Part shown: one piece after another, positions 1-9,547 of the stretch | How the letters are laid out: the number at the start of each line of letters is the position of its first letter | Position numbering within the stretch: the stretch's first letter is position 1 | Assembly: GCA_963812135.1 (NCBI GenBank) | Contig: CAWETU010000001.1 | Location: 2,142,018 to 2,206,017 of the forward strand | Length of the DNA stretch: 64,000 bases | Reading direction: 5' to 3' | Source: Vulcanimicrobiota bacterium | GTDB taxonomy: Bacteria; Vulcanimicrobiota; Vulcanimicrobiia; Eremiobacterales; Eremiobacteraceae | Made by a program: the position numbers and the translations under genes | The notes under the pieces: generated by a model | Told to the model about the DNA's origin: nothing | Seen by the model: the letters and a program-made list of their open reading frames with translations, nothing else | Database searches by the model: none

Positions 1-1615
1 TGTCGTCGCTTGGACGGAATACCGCTTGCGCTGGAGCTGGCCGCGGCGAAAATCGCGGTGCTCAGCCCGAAACAACTCTCGGAACAACTCGACGAGCGTT
101 TCCGGTTGCTGTCGCAGACGGGCGGCAATCGTCTGCCGCGCCAGCAGACGCTGCGCGCGCTGATCGACTGGAGCTTCGATCTTTTGGACGACCCCGAGCG
201 AGCTGTGTTCCGGCGGTTGTCGGTTTTCGCCGGCGGATGGACGCTCCAAGCCGCGGCCGCCGTGTGCGCGGACGAGGGCATGGATGAGTGGCAGGTCCTC
301 GAACTGCTCTCCGCGCTTGTGTCGAAATCACTTGTGGCGGTTGAGCCGCACGACGACGATCAGCGCTATAGCATGCTGAACTCGATCCGGGAGTACAGCC
401 GGGAACGGCTGGCCGAGGCGAATGAAGCCGGCAACACCGCCGCTCGACATGCGCGCTATTACGCCGGCTTCTTGGGCGATCTCGCAGCGTTGATCGACGC
501 GCAGGAAGATGAGCAGTGGCAGCACGCGCTTGCGCCCGAGATCGACAACATCAGAGCGACGCTGGACTGGGCGATCGTGCAAGGCAATGACAGCGCGGCG
601 GGCTTGCGCCTGCTCGCGCGGCTCGAATGGCCGGAACTCGTGACGACGCCACAGGAAGCGATTCGTTGGTTCGATGCGGCGGTGAAGCTGGTCGACACGA
701 CCGACGCGCTCACGAAATCGCGAGTGCTGCGGCACTATTCGCGCTTGGAGTGGCTCGTCGGGCGGCCGATCGCCCAGCGCGAAGCGACCGCGATCCTTGC
801 GCTTGACGCGGCTGCGGCGACGTCGGACGCTGACGAGATCGCGCGCGCGCACTCAAGTCTTGGCAGCATCTATCGCGACGCCGGCCGCTTCGACGAAGCA
901 GAGGCGCAATTCGTGGAGGCGTACAAAGCGCCTTCGGCGTTGGGCGCGATCGCTTTGAACCATGTCTTGCGCAATTGGGCAGTCACCGATCTGCAGCGTG
1001 GAGACAACGAAAAGGCGCGCCGGCGTTTCACTGAAGTCGCGAGCCGGGAGCGGCCCGGCAGCGAGGCACACGCGAGCGCGCTGCTCAATCTCGGTGAGCT
1101 CGAGTTCGCCGTCGGCAACGTCGAAGCAGCGCGCGTGGCGGCGCGCAAGGCGCGAGCGACGTTCGAACGCCTCGCCGCCGCACCGCTCGGGCTCGTGCTG
1201 TGCAATCTCGCGGCGTACGCGATGGCGGCCGACGACTTCGACGAAGCGCGCGAACTCTTGCGCGAAGCACTCGTGCTCTTGCAGCGATCCGGGGCACGCT
1301 GGATGATCGTCGCATTAGAGCATCACGCCGTGCTTGCCGGACATGTCGGGCGATCACGAGCGCGCCGCCGTGCTGATCGGTTTCGCCGACGCGCACTACG
1401 CGAAGGGCGACACGCGCCAGCGCACCGAGCTGCACGGATACGAACGCCTGATGCGGCTTCTCTCGCAGGCTTATGCCAAGGAAGAGCTTGCAGAACGCCT
1501 AAGCGCAGGCGCGCGGCTGCGGGCCGAGCAGGCACTTGAGCACGCCGCGGCAATTAGCAACTATTCCCCACCAACGCTGGCGGCTGACGCCGCCGTACAG
1601 GGAGTGAGATCATAA
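1..1615 (+). CDS. STAND-class (NB-ARC-like ATPase + TPR) regulator, C-terminal part. The 5' end lies outside the window. The frame is broken by an apparent +1 shift near 1342 (ORF pieces 1..1539 and 1334..1615)
   Basis: Frame 1 is open from base 1. 'GIPLALELAAAKIAVLSPKQL..RLPRQQTLRALIDWSFDLL..ERAVFRRLSVFAGGWTLQAA' is the signature region of AfsR/MalT-like STAND regulators, followed by TPR-like helices. The expected terminal helices (SGDHERAAVLIGFADAHYAKGD...) continue in frame 2. Confidence 0.7.
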
Positions 1616-1800
1616 TGGCCAGTGCCGCTCGGGACCAAGCAGATAGTCACCTTCATGCCTTCGAGCATACGATCGACGAGCTTCATCAGAAGTTGGCCGC
1701 CGCGGCTGGAGTCGACAAGGAGCGCCTGCAAAAAGCGGTCGACAAGTATAAAGCCGCGCACAAGCAGTTCCACGACGACGCGCTCGCGTGCATGAACTAG
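1615..1800 (+). CDS. small hypothetical helical protein (61 aa)
   Basis: ATG with AGGGAG about 11 nt upstream and GC-rich third codon positions. No family recognised. Confidence 0.45.
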   Translation: MASAARDQADSHLHAFEHTIDELHQKLAAAAGVDKERLQKAVDKYKAAHKQFHDDALACMN

Positions 1801-3326
1801 CGCCTGCCGGTCGACGGCTCCCGTAACGCGCTCTCGATAGCAACGCCGATCGGTACCCCCAGGCCCGTGCACGGATCCCATCCGGCACCGGCGTGGAATG
1901 TGCCGTTGCTTCCGTCAACGACGTCGACGAAAAGCGCCTTGTCCGATTTTCGGTAGAGAATCGGCGCGAAGAAGCCTGCGCGGGTGCCGAGGCGCTGGTT
2001 GATCCGGGCAGTCAACGCCGACCACACCGGCGCGACCGCACTCGTGCCGGCCGCCGCCAGTTCGGTCCCGTCCATGATCACGTAATAACCGGGGGATTGT
2101 TGCGCGGCGACGTCCGGCACGCCTCGGCCTGGGCTCACCTTATGTCGCGCTGCCGCTGATGCCGCCGTGTTTTGCCATTGCGGCACTTCGAAACGCTCGC
2201 TAAAGCCACCGCCGCTCTTCTCCCACGCCTGCTCTTGGGCGCTGCCGGAGGCGATGACCGTCGCTCCGCATGCGATCGCGAACGGGCTGGAAGCGGGTGC
2301 CAACACGTGCGGCTTGCCGTCGTAATCGAGTTCGGCGCCGTTGTCGCCGGACGAGCAGAACACGCTCATCCCCGCGAGGGCGGCGGCGGTGAGCAGGTCG
2401 TCAAGGATGTTGAGCGCGACCGGCGTCCACAGATGTTCGGGCCAGCCGTAACTCAAGGACAGCACCGACGGGGCATACTCTTCATCGAAGATCGCCTCGC
2501 GGATAGCGTCGAGAAAACCGCGCTCGTCATCGGGCGCCTCGTACACGACGATGCGTGCGGCCGGTGCGAGCGACGCGATGATCTGCACGTCGAGCGACGC
2601 CTCGAGGTCTTTGGTCGTCGCGATCTCGTGTTCGACAGCCGCGTTGTCTACTCGCTTCACGACCGGATGCGCCGGTGCAAGGCCTTGCGCGCGCATGCAT
2701 TGGTCGAAGTCATCCGGTTTGAAGATGCCGCGCAGCTGCACGACGGCGATGGTCTGACCGCTGCCGTCGGCCTCGGGAAACTGGTAACGCTTTGCGACGT
2801 CGCGCGCCATCAACGGCGTCGCGTGGCGTTGCAGCGCCCCGATCTTGCGCGAGCGCGGCCACTGATGCATGCCGAAGATGCCGTGGACGACGGTCGCGAT
2901 CTCGCTCGGCACGTGTAACGCTTCCGATCGATGGCGAAACCGGCGCTGGCTGTCGTCTTCGAAGATCGCGACCGTTGCGCCGAACGCCTCGATCAGTTTG
3001 TCGACCGGCCCGCTGATCGTGACCGATCGCCAGTGCGAGAGGACGATCGAGAGGCCGAAACGCTCGCAGTAGCGCCGGAACAGCTCGACGTCAGCCGGGT
3101 CAGCACCGGTCTGCAGTGCAAGCGGCTTCCGGTCGACATACGTCCGCTCTAGCGGAGGCGTCGCGCCAAGCGTTCGCGCGCGGTCCCGATCGAGATCGGC
3201 GCCTTTGTTCGGACGCAGCCACGCGGTCAGCAGGACGTCGGTGTCTGAGACCAGCGCTTCCGCGTGATGGCTGCCGGGCCATACGTTGCGATGCGTTCCC
3301 GGAATCGGCACGCGCGTTTCTGCCAT
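1797..3326 (-). CDS. S53 sedolisin/kumamolisin-type serine-carboxyl peptidase with pro-kumamolisin-like activation domain
   Basis: 509-aa ORF with motifs EASLDVQ, CSSGDNGA and AAAGTSAVAPVWSAL (Ser nucleophile context). The N-terminal ~190 aa resemble the pro-domain. Confidence 0.85.
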   Translation of the reverse strand: MAETRVPIPGTHRNVWPGSHHAEALVSDTDVLLTAWLRPNKGADLDRDRARTLGATPPLERTYVDRKPLALQTGADPADVELFRRYCERFGLSIVLSHWRSVTISGPVDKLIEAFGATVAIFEDDSQRRFRHRSEALHVPSEIATVVHGIFGMHQWPRSRKIGALQRHATPLMARDVAKRYQFPEADGSGQTIAVVQLRGIFKPDDFDQCMRAQGLAPAHPVVKRVDNAAVEHEIATTKDLEASLDVQIIASLAPAARIVVYEAPDDERGFLDAIREAIFDEEYAPSVLSLSYGWPEHLWTPVALNILDDLLTAAALAGMSVFCSSGDNGAELDYDGKPHVLAPASSPFAIACGATVIASGSAQEQAWEKSGGGFSERFEVPQWQNTAASAAARHKVSPGRGVPDVAAQQSPGYYVIMDGTELAAAGTSAVAPVWSALTARINQRLGTRAGFFAPILYRKSDKALFVDVVDGSNGTFHAGAGWDPCTGLGVPIGVAIESALREPSTGRR

Positions 3327-3341
3327 TTCGGTGTTCGTTCG

Positions 3342-4091
3342 TCAGCGAATCACGATCGGCACCGACACCGCGTGGCCGTCTTCGTCCGTGACGGTGGCGG
3401 TGCACGTGCCGGCCGCGATCGGCTTGACCGAATAGGTCGCCGACGCATCCGCGGTCGCGGCGACGAAGATGGAGGCGACGCCCGAGCAGTTGTCGGTCTC
3501 CTTGAACGCCGCGACGCGCTCGCCGCTTGAGACCAAGAACAACGCGGCGTTGGAGACGCCGTCGATGCTCAAGCGCGCGGGTTGCGCGGTCAAACCGGAC
3601 GATGACGCCGGTGCGGCGACCGGCCCGGTCGACGCCGTCGGCGCTTGACCCTTTCGCCACACGGTGCCGTCGGCGAATTCGACCGATGCGACGTGGCATT
3701 TGATCTTGGGCGCGATGAACGCGGGCAGGACGAACGATTGGCCCTGGCCGTTGCGATATTGATGTTTGATGGAGACGCCAGGTGAGAACTTGCCGACGTC
3801 GCGGATGACGAACTGGTCGCCGTTCGAATCGACTGCGAAATTCACCAAGGTCGCGGTCTGCTTCGATTCGTTGACGAACTCGATGCCGATACCGGCGCTC
3901 GTCGAGACAGGCACGTTGACGCCGAAGTAGTTCTGCGTCTGATTCTTGTCGATGATCGGTCCGCAGCTATTGATGGTGACCGGGGGTGTACTTGACGCCG
4001 CGGCCGCAGACGCTGCCGCCGCGAACAGCGCCGCCGCCGCGCTTATCGCGCCGACGCCGAAGAGGCCAACCAGGAAACGTTGTGCTCGCAT
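3342..4091 (-). CDS. secreted hypothetical protein, probably co-transcribed with the sedolisin
   Basis: 249-aa ORF with an N-terminal signal-like segment (MRAQRFLVGLFGVGAISAAAALFAAAASAAAA). Same strand as the peptidase gene and 15 nt upstream of it. Confidence 0.7.
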   Translation of the reverse strand: MRAQRFLVGLFGVGAISAAAALFAAAASAAAASSTPPVTINSCGPIIDKNQTQNYFGVNVPVSTSAGIGIEFVNESKQTATLVNFAVDSNGDQFVIRDVGKFSPGVSIKHQYRNGQGQSFVLPAFIAPKIKCHVASVEFADGTVWRKGQAPTASTGPVAAPASSSGLTAQPARLSIDGVSNAALFLVSSGERVAAFKETDNCSGVASIFVAATADASATYSVKPIAAGTCTATVTDEDGHAVSVPIVIR

Positions 4092-4189
4092 AGACGCGCC
4101 TCCGTGTGCGAAGTCGATGGCTCAGGTTCATCGCGGGCCCCCGCATGCCCCTACTGTCGCACATGCATAATCTGTTCTTGAGGCCCCCG

Positions 4190-4205
4190 TGGTACAATCC
4201 CGCCT
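4190..4205 (+). promoter_or_regulatory. candidate extended -10 promoter (TGGTACAAT) giving a leaderless or near-leaderless mgsA mRNA
   Basis: TACAAT at 4193-4198 is preceded by TGG. Only 7 nt separate it from the ATG at 4206, and there is no Shine-Dalgarno motif. Confidence 0.3.
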
Positions 4206-4646
4206 ATGGCACTGGCACTTCCCCGATACGAACCCGAGCGGCTCACCGTTGCCCTCATCGCCCACGACGCGCGCAAGGAAGAGATGGCGCAGTGGGCGGC
4301 GTTCAACCGAGACACGCTCGCCAATTGCGAGATTTATGCGACCGCGACGACCGGCAGCTCGGTCGCCGAAAAGCTCGACCTGCCCATCACCATGCTTCTG
4401 TCCGGCCCGTTCGGCGGCGACGCCCAGGTGGGTGCCCTCATCTCCGAGGGACGGATCCACGTGGTCTTCTTCTTCTGGGATCCGCTCACGCCGCAGCCGC
4501 ACGATGTCGACGTCAAGATGCTGCTGCGGCTTGCGGTGCTGCACGACGTCCCGATCGCATGCAACCGCAGCTCGGCCGATCTGCTGATCTCGTCACCGCT
4601 GTTCACGGACATCGGCTACCACTTCCGCACGCCGGCGGTCGAATAG
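4206..4646 (+). CDS. mgsA: methylglyoxal synthase
   Basis: 146 aa with LIAHDARKEEM, ATATTG, SGPFGGDAQVGALISEGRI, FFFWDPLTPQPHDVDVKMLLRLA and CNRSSADLLI, matching the MgsA pattern. Confidence 0.9.
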   Translation: MALALPRYEPERLTVALIAHDARKEEMAQWAAFNRDTLANCEIYATATTGSSVAEKLDLPITMLLSGPFGGDAQVGALISEGRIHVVFFFWDPLTPQPHDVDVKMLLRLAVLHDVPIACNRSSADLLISSPLFTDIGYHFRTPAVE

Positions 4647-4660
4647 ATTCGGCCGCTACA
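4637..4660 (+). repeat. REP-like palindromic element, variant copy (GGTCGAATAGATTCGGCCGCTACA)
   Basis: Matches the 24-nt family consensus with 2 substitutions. It contains the mgsA stop codon (TAG 4644-4646). Confidence 0.75.
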
Positions 4661-4667
4661 GATTTAG

Positions 4668-4687
4668 GATAGATTCGAGCGCTACGA
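4668..4687 (+). repeat. degenerate partial REP-like copy (GATAGATTCGAGCGCTACGA)
   Basis: Retains the right arm and GCTAC tail. Its CTA (4682-4684) is the stop codon of the minus-strand gene 4682..5344. Confidence 0.4.
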
Positions 4688-5344
4688 GAGCGTGGCGATC
4701 GCCCGGGACGCGATGAGGAACAACGTCGCCAGCGAGATCGACGCTTGCGTCATCAGCAGCAGCTTCGCGCGCCGGCTCGTGGGGCGCGCGTGGTCGGGCG
4801 GCGTGAACGACGTCGAGGTCGTGAACGCCAGATAGAGGTAGTCTACGAACCACGGCTCCCACGCGCCGGGCTCCTCGGCGTCCTTCGTTTGCGCGAACGT
4901 GAAGTCAGGCGAGCCCGTCACGCCGGCCGCTCGAGCCTCTGCGCCCCCGCGATCGAGCTGCCAGTAGATCAACGCGAAAACGATCACGTTGACGGTCCAG
5001 ATCACGGTCGCCGATTCCAGCAGCGTGATGCTGCTGAAGCCGTGTTTGTGAGTGATCATGTCGCCCACAAGGCGCAGAACCGTAAGCAGCATCAGAAGAC
5101 CGGTAATGGTAGCGAACGTCAGCACGACCACGCGCTCGACGCGATGCCACAAAATGCTGGTCGGCATAAACGTGACCGCCAGCATCGACGCGACGACGAC
5201 GCCGAATAGCGTCCAAGGCACCCAGGGTGGACCGAGCGCATACCGGCTCGGCAGCGACATCGTCAGAGCGATGACGACCGCGAGCGTGAGAATCACTGGC
5301 CAGCGCGGTTCGGTGCGCCCAGGGGCAATCGTTCGCTCGGTCAC
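4682..5344 (-). CDS. DUF1345-like integral membrane protein
   Basis: GTG start at 5344 overlaps the upstream stop (GTGA). Multiple TM segments, and the C-terminal pattern 'DYLYLAFTTSTSFTPPD..RRAKLLLMTQASISLATL' is typical of DUF1345. The upstream part of the long ORF (to 5476) overlaps the neighbouring gene. Confidence 0.65.
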   Translation of the reverse strand: MTERTIAPGRTEPRWPVILTLAVVIALTMSLPSRYALGPPWVPWTLFGVVVASMLAVTFMPTSILWHRVERVVVLTFATITGLLMLLTVLRLVGDMITHKHGFSSITLLESATVIWTVNVIVFALIYWQLDRGGAEARAAGVTGSPDFTFAQTKDAEEPGAWEPWFVDYLYLAFTTSTSFTPPDHARPTSRRAKLLLMTQASISLATLFLIASRAIATLS

Positions 5345-5751
5345 CCAGCGCTCGACCTTCGAACCCGTGAGACAGCGAGCAGAGACGCGATGCACCACAC
5401 CGCGAGCAATGCATGCACGATGATCGCGGGCCACATCAGCGTGCCTGTCATCTTCAGACCCATCGCCGCGTGCCACAACACCCCGGTCGCGATGGTGTTA
5501 TAGAACACCATGGCGACGACAAGCCCGACCGCGGCGCGAGCGCCCGCATCGCTGGCCGCCAAGAAGCATGCGATGCCGAGCGACAGCAACCCCGCGCCGC
5601 AGAGATGCGCGATGATCAGCACGACTTCGCCTTCGAGCGGCACGCCGAGGAGTAGGGTAGCGACCCAAGACGGAACCCCGATCAGTCCCAGACCCGCGCC
5701 CACCTCGACGATACCCATCGCGATCAAGAGATATCTCATCGTAGTCGCCAC
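5341..5751 (-). CDS. small hydrophobic membrane protein (about 4 TM)
   Basis: 136-aa ORF that is almost entirely hydrophobic helices. Translationally coupled to the downstream DUF1345-like gene. Confidence 0.65.
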   Translation of the reverse strand: MATTMRYLLIAMGIVEVGAGLGLIGVPSWVATLLLGVPLEGEVVLIIAHLCGAGLLSLGIACFLAASDAGARAAVGLVVAMVFYNTIATGVLWHAAMGLKMTGTLMWPAIIVHALLAVWCIASLLAVSRVRRSSAG

Positions 5752-5785
5752 CGTTTCTTGAGCGGTACGTGGAATACCGTTAGGC

Positions 5786-5808
5786 GGTCGAATAAATTCG
5801 ACCGCTAC
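5786..5808 (+). repeat. REP-like palindromic element
   Basis: GGTCGAATAAATTCGACCGCTAC. Its CTA (5805-5807) is the stop codon of the minus-strand gene 5805..6387. Confidence 0.85.
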
Positions 5809-6387
5809 TTGAGGGGCCAGGGATTCTTTAGTGGGATGCGGGGCACGCCTTTCGGATAGGTCGTCGGGTGCGCTTCGAGAAATGCACGCGCGCGCACGGT
5901 GAGATATTCGAAGTTATCCCACAAGCCCACGTCGCCGCTTCCATCGCGGATCAGCGCGACAAATGATTCAAGCGTGCTCCACGCTCCGATGACCTGCGTG
6001 ACGTACTCGTCAAGGAACAACGTCTCGTCGACGATGACGTTCTTGACGAGCACTGCCGACTTCTTCGAATAGGTTGCCGTACACATTTGCTGACGTCAGC
6101 ACGGCCAGCTGGTCGCTGGAGATCTCCGGCAGCGGCTCGCGGAGCGAGCGCGCGATGACGTAGCGTCGAAAGGTCGGGTCCTCGAGTGTCCTAGCCAAGT
6201 CGGCGGTGGCCACGCGGCGTGCATCGACGAATCTAGGCTCCAGGAATTTGTCGCCGATCGTCAGGAGCGCAGTGATCTGGTTGCCGGCCCGCAGATGACG
6301 CAGCTGCGCGAGCGCGGCCAGCGCGGTCGCGCCGACGATCAAGACCGTGAGCAATGAGCTCGCAGCGCTGAGCCATTCAACCGACAT
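5805..6387 (-). CDS. membrane-anchored hypothetical protein (DUF4760-like), frame broken by an apparent +1 shift near 6054 (ORF pieces 6010..6387 and 5805..6086)
   Basis: ATG at 6387 with an N-terminal TM (MSVEWLSAASSLLTVLIVGATALAALA). 'ANVYGNLFEEVG' in one frame continues as 'VLVKNVIVDETLFLDEYVTQVIGAW...' in the next. Confidence 0.55.
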
Positions 6388-6438
6388 GCTGGGAGCTTGA
6401 ATGTAGGCCGACGCGTACCCTCGAACCCTATCGGCCTC

Positions 6439-6648
6439 ATGGAACTCGGCAAGCCGGTACGTGTCCTCAAGGGAATCGACCTCGGGTCCGACGGCAAGGT
6501 GGACAAGGGAGCGATCGGCATCCTCGAGAGCATGAGCAACAGCCCGTATATGCCATTTCTCGTCCGCTTTCCGCAGGGACAGTTCGCATTCGAAGATGGC
6601 GAGATCGAGGACGTCGAGCCGGCCGACGGGCGCGGAGAGCAAGCCTGA
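6439..6648 (+). CDS. small hypothetical protein (69 aa), first gene of the two-component operon
   Basis: ATG at 6439 with strongly GC-biased third positions, unlike the antisense ORF 6010..6846. Ends 70 nt before the response regulator. Confidence 0.5.
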   Translation: MELGKPVRVLKGIDLGSDGKVDKGAIGILESMSNSPYMPFLVRFPQGQFAFEDGEIEDVEPADGRGEQA

Positions 6649-6718
6649 AAAGCGGCTGAAAGCGGGTCCGCACGGCGCGCAGGCCCATTTTTTCAGCTTC
6701 GGCGAACATACTGACATC

Positions 6719-7393
6719 ATGCGACTTTTGCTGGTGGAAGACGACCCAAGTCTCTCGGATTCGCTGCGCCGCGCGTTGGAGGCACAGAAGTTCTCCGTGA
6801 CCACTGCACTCGATGGCGACGCCGGTTTGCACGAGCTGTGCGGCAATGACTATCAGCTCGCGATCCTCGACGTGCTGCTGCCCAAACGCGACGGCTTCTC
6901 GATCTGCACCGAAGCGCGCAAACAGGGCGTGACCACGCCGATCCTCATGCTCACCGCGCGCAACGCGGTCGGCGATCGCGTCGCCGGCCTCAATAGCGGC
7001 GCCGACGACTATCTACCCAAACCGTTCGCGTTCCCCGAGCTGTTGGCGCGGGTGCATGCGTTGCTGCGCCGGCCCGTGCAAGAGCTGCGGCCGCGCGTGG
7101 TGACGGTGGGCGATCTTTCGATCGACGTGCTGCGCCACCAGGCGACGATGCGCGGCCATGTCATGCAGCTGACGAAGACCGAGTACCGGCTGCTGCTCTA
7201 CCTGCTGGAGAACGCGGGCATCGTGCTCGCCAAGGACGCGATCCTCGACCGGCTGTGGGGCGCCGAGCACGAAGGCAACAGCAACATCCTCGAAGTGTAC
7301 GTCAAGATGTTGCGTCGCAAACTGGACACTGCGGGGGGCGGAGTGCAGATCCGCACGGTGCGCGGTGTCGGGTACACGATCGACAAGCCGTGA
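6719..7393 (+). CDS. OmpR/PhoB-family response regulator
   Basis: MRLLLVEDDPSL, ILDVLLPKRDG, LMLTAR and DDYLPKPF receiver motifs, plus a winged-helix output (LTKTEYRLLLYLLEN..IRTVRGVGY). Confidence 0.9.
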   Translation: MRLLLVEDDPSLSDSLRRALEAQKFSVTTALDGDAGLHELCGNDYQLAILDVLLPKRDGFSICTEARKQGVTTPILMLTARNAVGDRVAGLNSGADDYLPKPFAFPELLARVHALLRRPVQELRPRVVTVGDLSIDVLRHQATMRGHVMQLTKTEYRLLLYLLENAGIVLAKDAILDRLWGAEHEGNSNILEVYVKMLRRKLDTAGGGVQIRTVRGVGYTIDKP

Positions 7394-8382
7394 AGGGATG
7401 GCGCGGTCTGCGGGCAGGGCTTCGCTCCCCGCGCATGCGCCTCGCGCTGATCATCGCAGGCATCCTGGTGCTGCTGTTCGCGGCGTTCTCGGTCGTGGTC
7501 TACATCTTGGTGAGCCGCGAGGTGCTCTCGGACATCGAGCCATTCCGCGACGATCCGCTGTTCGTCGAAGCGGCCCACCGCCAGCTGGCCGCGTACGCGC
7601 TGCAGCTGCTCTTCGCCAATCTCGGAGGTTTGGTGCTCATCGGCATCGCGTCGTATTTCATCGCCCAAGCCGCAGTGCGCCCGCTCGAGCAGGCGATCGC
7701 GCTGCAACGGCAGTTCACTAACGACGCATCGCACGATCTGCGCACGCCGCTCGCCGTGATCCGCATGGAGACGTCTGCCGCGCTGCATTCGCGCACGCCG
7801 ATGCCGCCCGATGTGGCCGAATGCATCCGCATCATCGACGAACAGGCGCAGCGCATGGATCGGCTCATCGAACAGCTGCTCACGCTGGCGCACGTCGACT
7901 CCGACAGCGCGCTCAACCGCGAGCCGACCGATCTGCGGTACGTCGTCAGCGGCGTCGTCCGCGATCTGCAGCCGCTCGCCGACGCCAAGCACATCGCGCT
8001 TTCGGTGGAGCGCGTCGAGCCGGCGCTCGTATTGGGGGACGAGCTCAAATTGTCGCAACTCGTCGCCAATCTGGTGGACAACGCGATCAAGTACAGCCCG
8101 AACACGGCGCGCGTCATCGTCTCGGTGTGGCAACAGCGCGACGCGGCGTTCGTGACCGTGTCGGACACGGGGCATGGCATTCCCGCGCCGGAGATCGATA
8201 ACGTGTTCCGGCGTTTCCATCGCATTGATTCAGTGCGCAGCACCAATGGGCGCGGCGGCCACGGCCTAGGGTTGCCGTTGTGCCGCTGGATCGCGCGCGC
8301 ACACGGCGGCGACGTCGTCGTCGATAGCCGAGAGGGCGAAGGCAGCACGTTCACCGTGCGCCTGCCGGCGCTTACCGCATGA
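7390..8382 (+). CDS. sensor histidine kinase (HisKA + HATPase_c)
   Basis: GTGA overlap with the regulator stop. One TM, H-box SHDLRTPLAVI, N-box LVDNAIKYSP, and DTGHGIP with GHGLGLPL. Confidence 0.9.
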   Translation: MKGWRGLRAGLRSPRMRLALIIAGILVLLFAAFSVVVYILVSREVLSDIEPFRDDPLFVEAAHRQLAAYALQLLFANLGGLVLIGIASYFIAQAAVRPLEQAIALQRQFTNDASHDLRTPLAVIRMETSAALHSRTPMPPDVAECIRIIDEQAQRMDRLIEQLLTLAHVDSDSALNREPTDLRYVVSGVVRDLQPLADAKHIALSVERVEPALVLGDELKLSQLVANLVDNAIKYSPNTARVIVSVWQQRDAAFVTVSDTGHGIPAPEIDNVFRRFHRIDSVRSTNGRGGHGLGLPLCRWIARAHGGDVVVDSREGEGSTFTVRLPALTA

Positions 8383-8750
8383 AGGTTGATATGAAGAAGC
8401 TGGTTTTCGGGGGCGCACTTTTGGTGATCGCGATCGGCCTGTTCGGCCGGTCGTTAGTGGCGACGCACGGCGGTGCGGCACCGGCCGCAGCTGCGGTTGC
8501 GACACCGTCGACGACGAACGCGCAGTCGTTGATCGACCGGGCGTTTGCCGGCCCGGCTGGGCCGGACGATGAGGGTCAATACAGGCTGATCGATCCTGTC
8601 GGTCCGGGCGGCGCCACCGCTGCGACCGCCCAGAGCGAAGTGTTCGCGCCGACGATGATCGGCGGACAGTACAGCAAGTGGCGCCCGTATCACGATCCGT
8701 TCTTCAGTAGCGACTATCCGGGTAATTACACCCCGGGCGGCCTGCCATGA
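8379..8750 (+). CDS. small secreted or membrane-anchored hypothetical protein
   Basis: ATGA overlap with the HK stop. Has an N-terminal hydrophobic segment (KKLVFGGALLVIAIGLFG). Confidence 0.55.
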   Translation: MKVDMKKLVFGGALLVIAIGLFGRSLVATHGGAAPAAAAVATPSTTNAQSLIDRAFAGPAGPDDEGQYRLIDPVGPGGATAATAQSEVFAPTMIGGQYSKWRPYHDPFFSSDYPGNYTPGGLP

Positions 8751-9499
8751 AGCGAGTCGCTGCGATTCTCTTCGCCTTGTGTGCGGTGGGCGCCGCGGCG
8801 AGCGCGGCCGTCGGCGCTGACAGCTTCTTCCGCCAATGGCGCGTCGACACGCTCGTCGGCGAGGGTATCGACCTCTATCATCACGGCGCGTATTCCGACT
8901 CGATCGAGAAATTCAACGCGGCGCTCGACCTGCAGCCGCAGGATGCCATGGCGCGCTACGATCGGGGACTCGCTTTTTACGCGCTGGGCAATTACAAAGT
9001 CGCGTCAGGCGAGTTCCAGCAGTGCCTGCAAGCGCAGCCCGACTTCGTGCCGGCGCTCTTCAATCTTGGCGTCACCGACCTGGCGCTCGGCGATGTGCCC
9101 GCGGCGCGGGCGATCTTCACGAAGATCCTCACTGACCATCCGGATTCGGTGCGCGCGCACTTCGATCTCGGGTTGTTGCACTTCATCGAAGGCAAGCCCG
9201 ACGAAGCCGCCAAGGATTTCACGGTCGCGTCATTGCTGCATCCGCAATATACGCAAGCGCACTACAATCTTGCGTTGGCGGAATATCGGACCGGCAATCT
9301 CGTGGCCGCGCAGAACGAGGCTCTCGCCGCGCTCAAGCTCAACCCGACCTATGCAAAGGCGTATTTCTTGCGCGGCGCGATCCTCTTGCGGCAAGGCGAT
9401 CCCGCGACCGCCAAGGGACTGTTCGAGACCGCCGCGCGCTACTCGACCGACCCGGTGCTCACGAACCTCTGCCGCCAGATCATCGAGCAGATCGGCTAG
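8747..9499 (+). CDS. secreted TPR-repeat protein
   Basis: ATGA overlap with the upstream gene, a signal peptide (MKRVAAILFALCAVGAAASAAVGA) and about 6 TPR units (e.g. AHYNLALAEYRTGNLVAAQNEALAALKLNP). Confidence 0.85.
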   Translation: MKRVAAILFALCAVGAAASAAVGADSFFRQWRVDTLVGEGIDLYHHGAYSDSIEKFNAALDLQPQDAMARYDRGLAFYALGNYKVASGEFQQCLQAQPDFVPALFNLGVTDLALGDVPAARAIFTKILTDHPDSVRAHFDLGLLHFIEGKPDEAAKDFTVASLLHPQYTQAHYNLALAEYRTGNLVAAQNEALAALKLNPTYAKAYFLRGAILLRQGDPATAKGLFETAARYSTDPVLTNLCRQIIEQIG

Positions 9500-9503
9500 C
9501 TTC

Positions 9504-9527
9504 GGTCGAATAAATTCGACCGCTACA
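9504..9527 (+). repeat. REP-like palindromic element
   Basis: Exact GGTCGAATAAATTCGACCGCTACA, 5 nt after the TPR gene stop. Confidence 0.9.
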
Positions 9528-9547
9528 AAAGCGAAAGGGGCGGGCTC

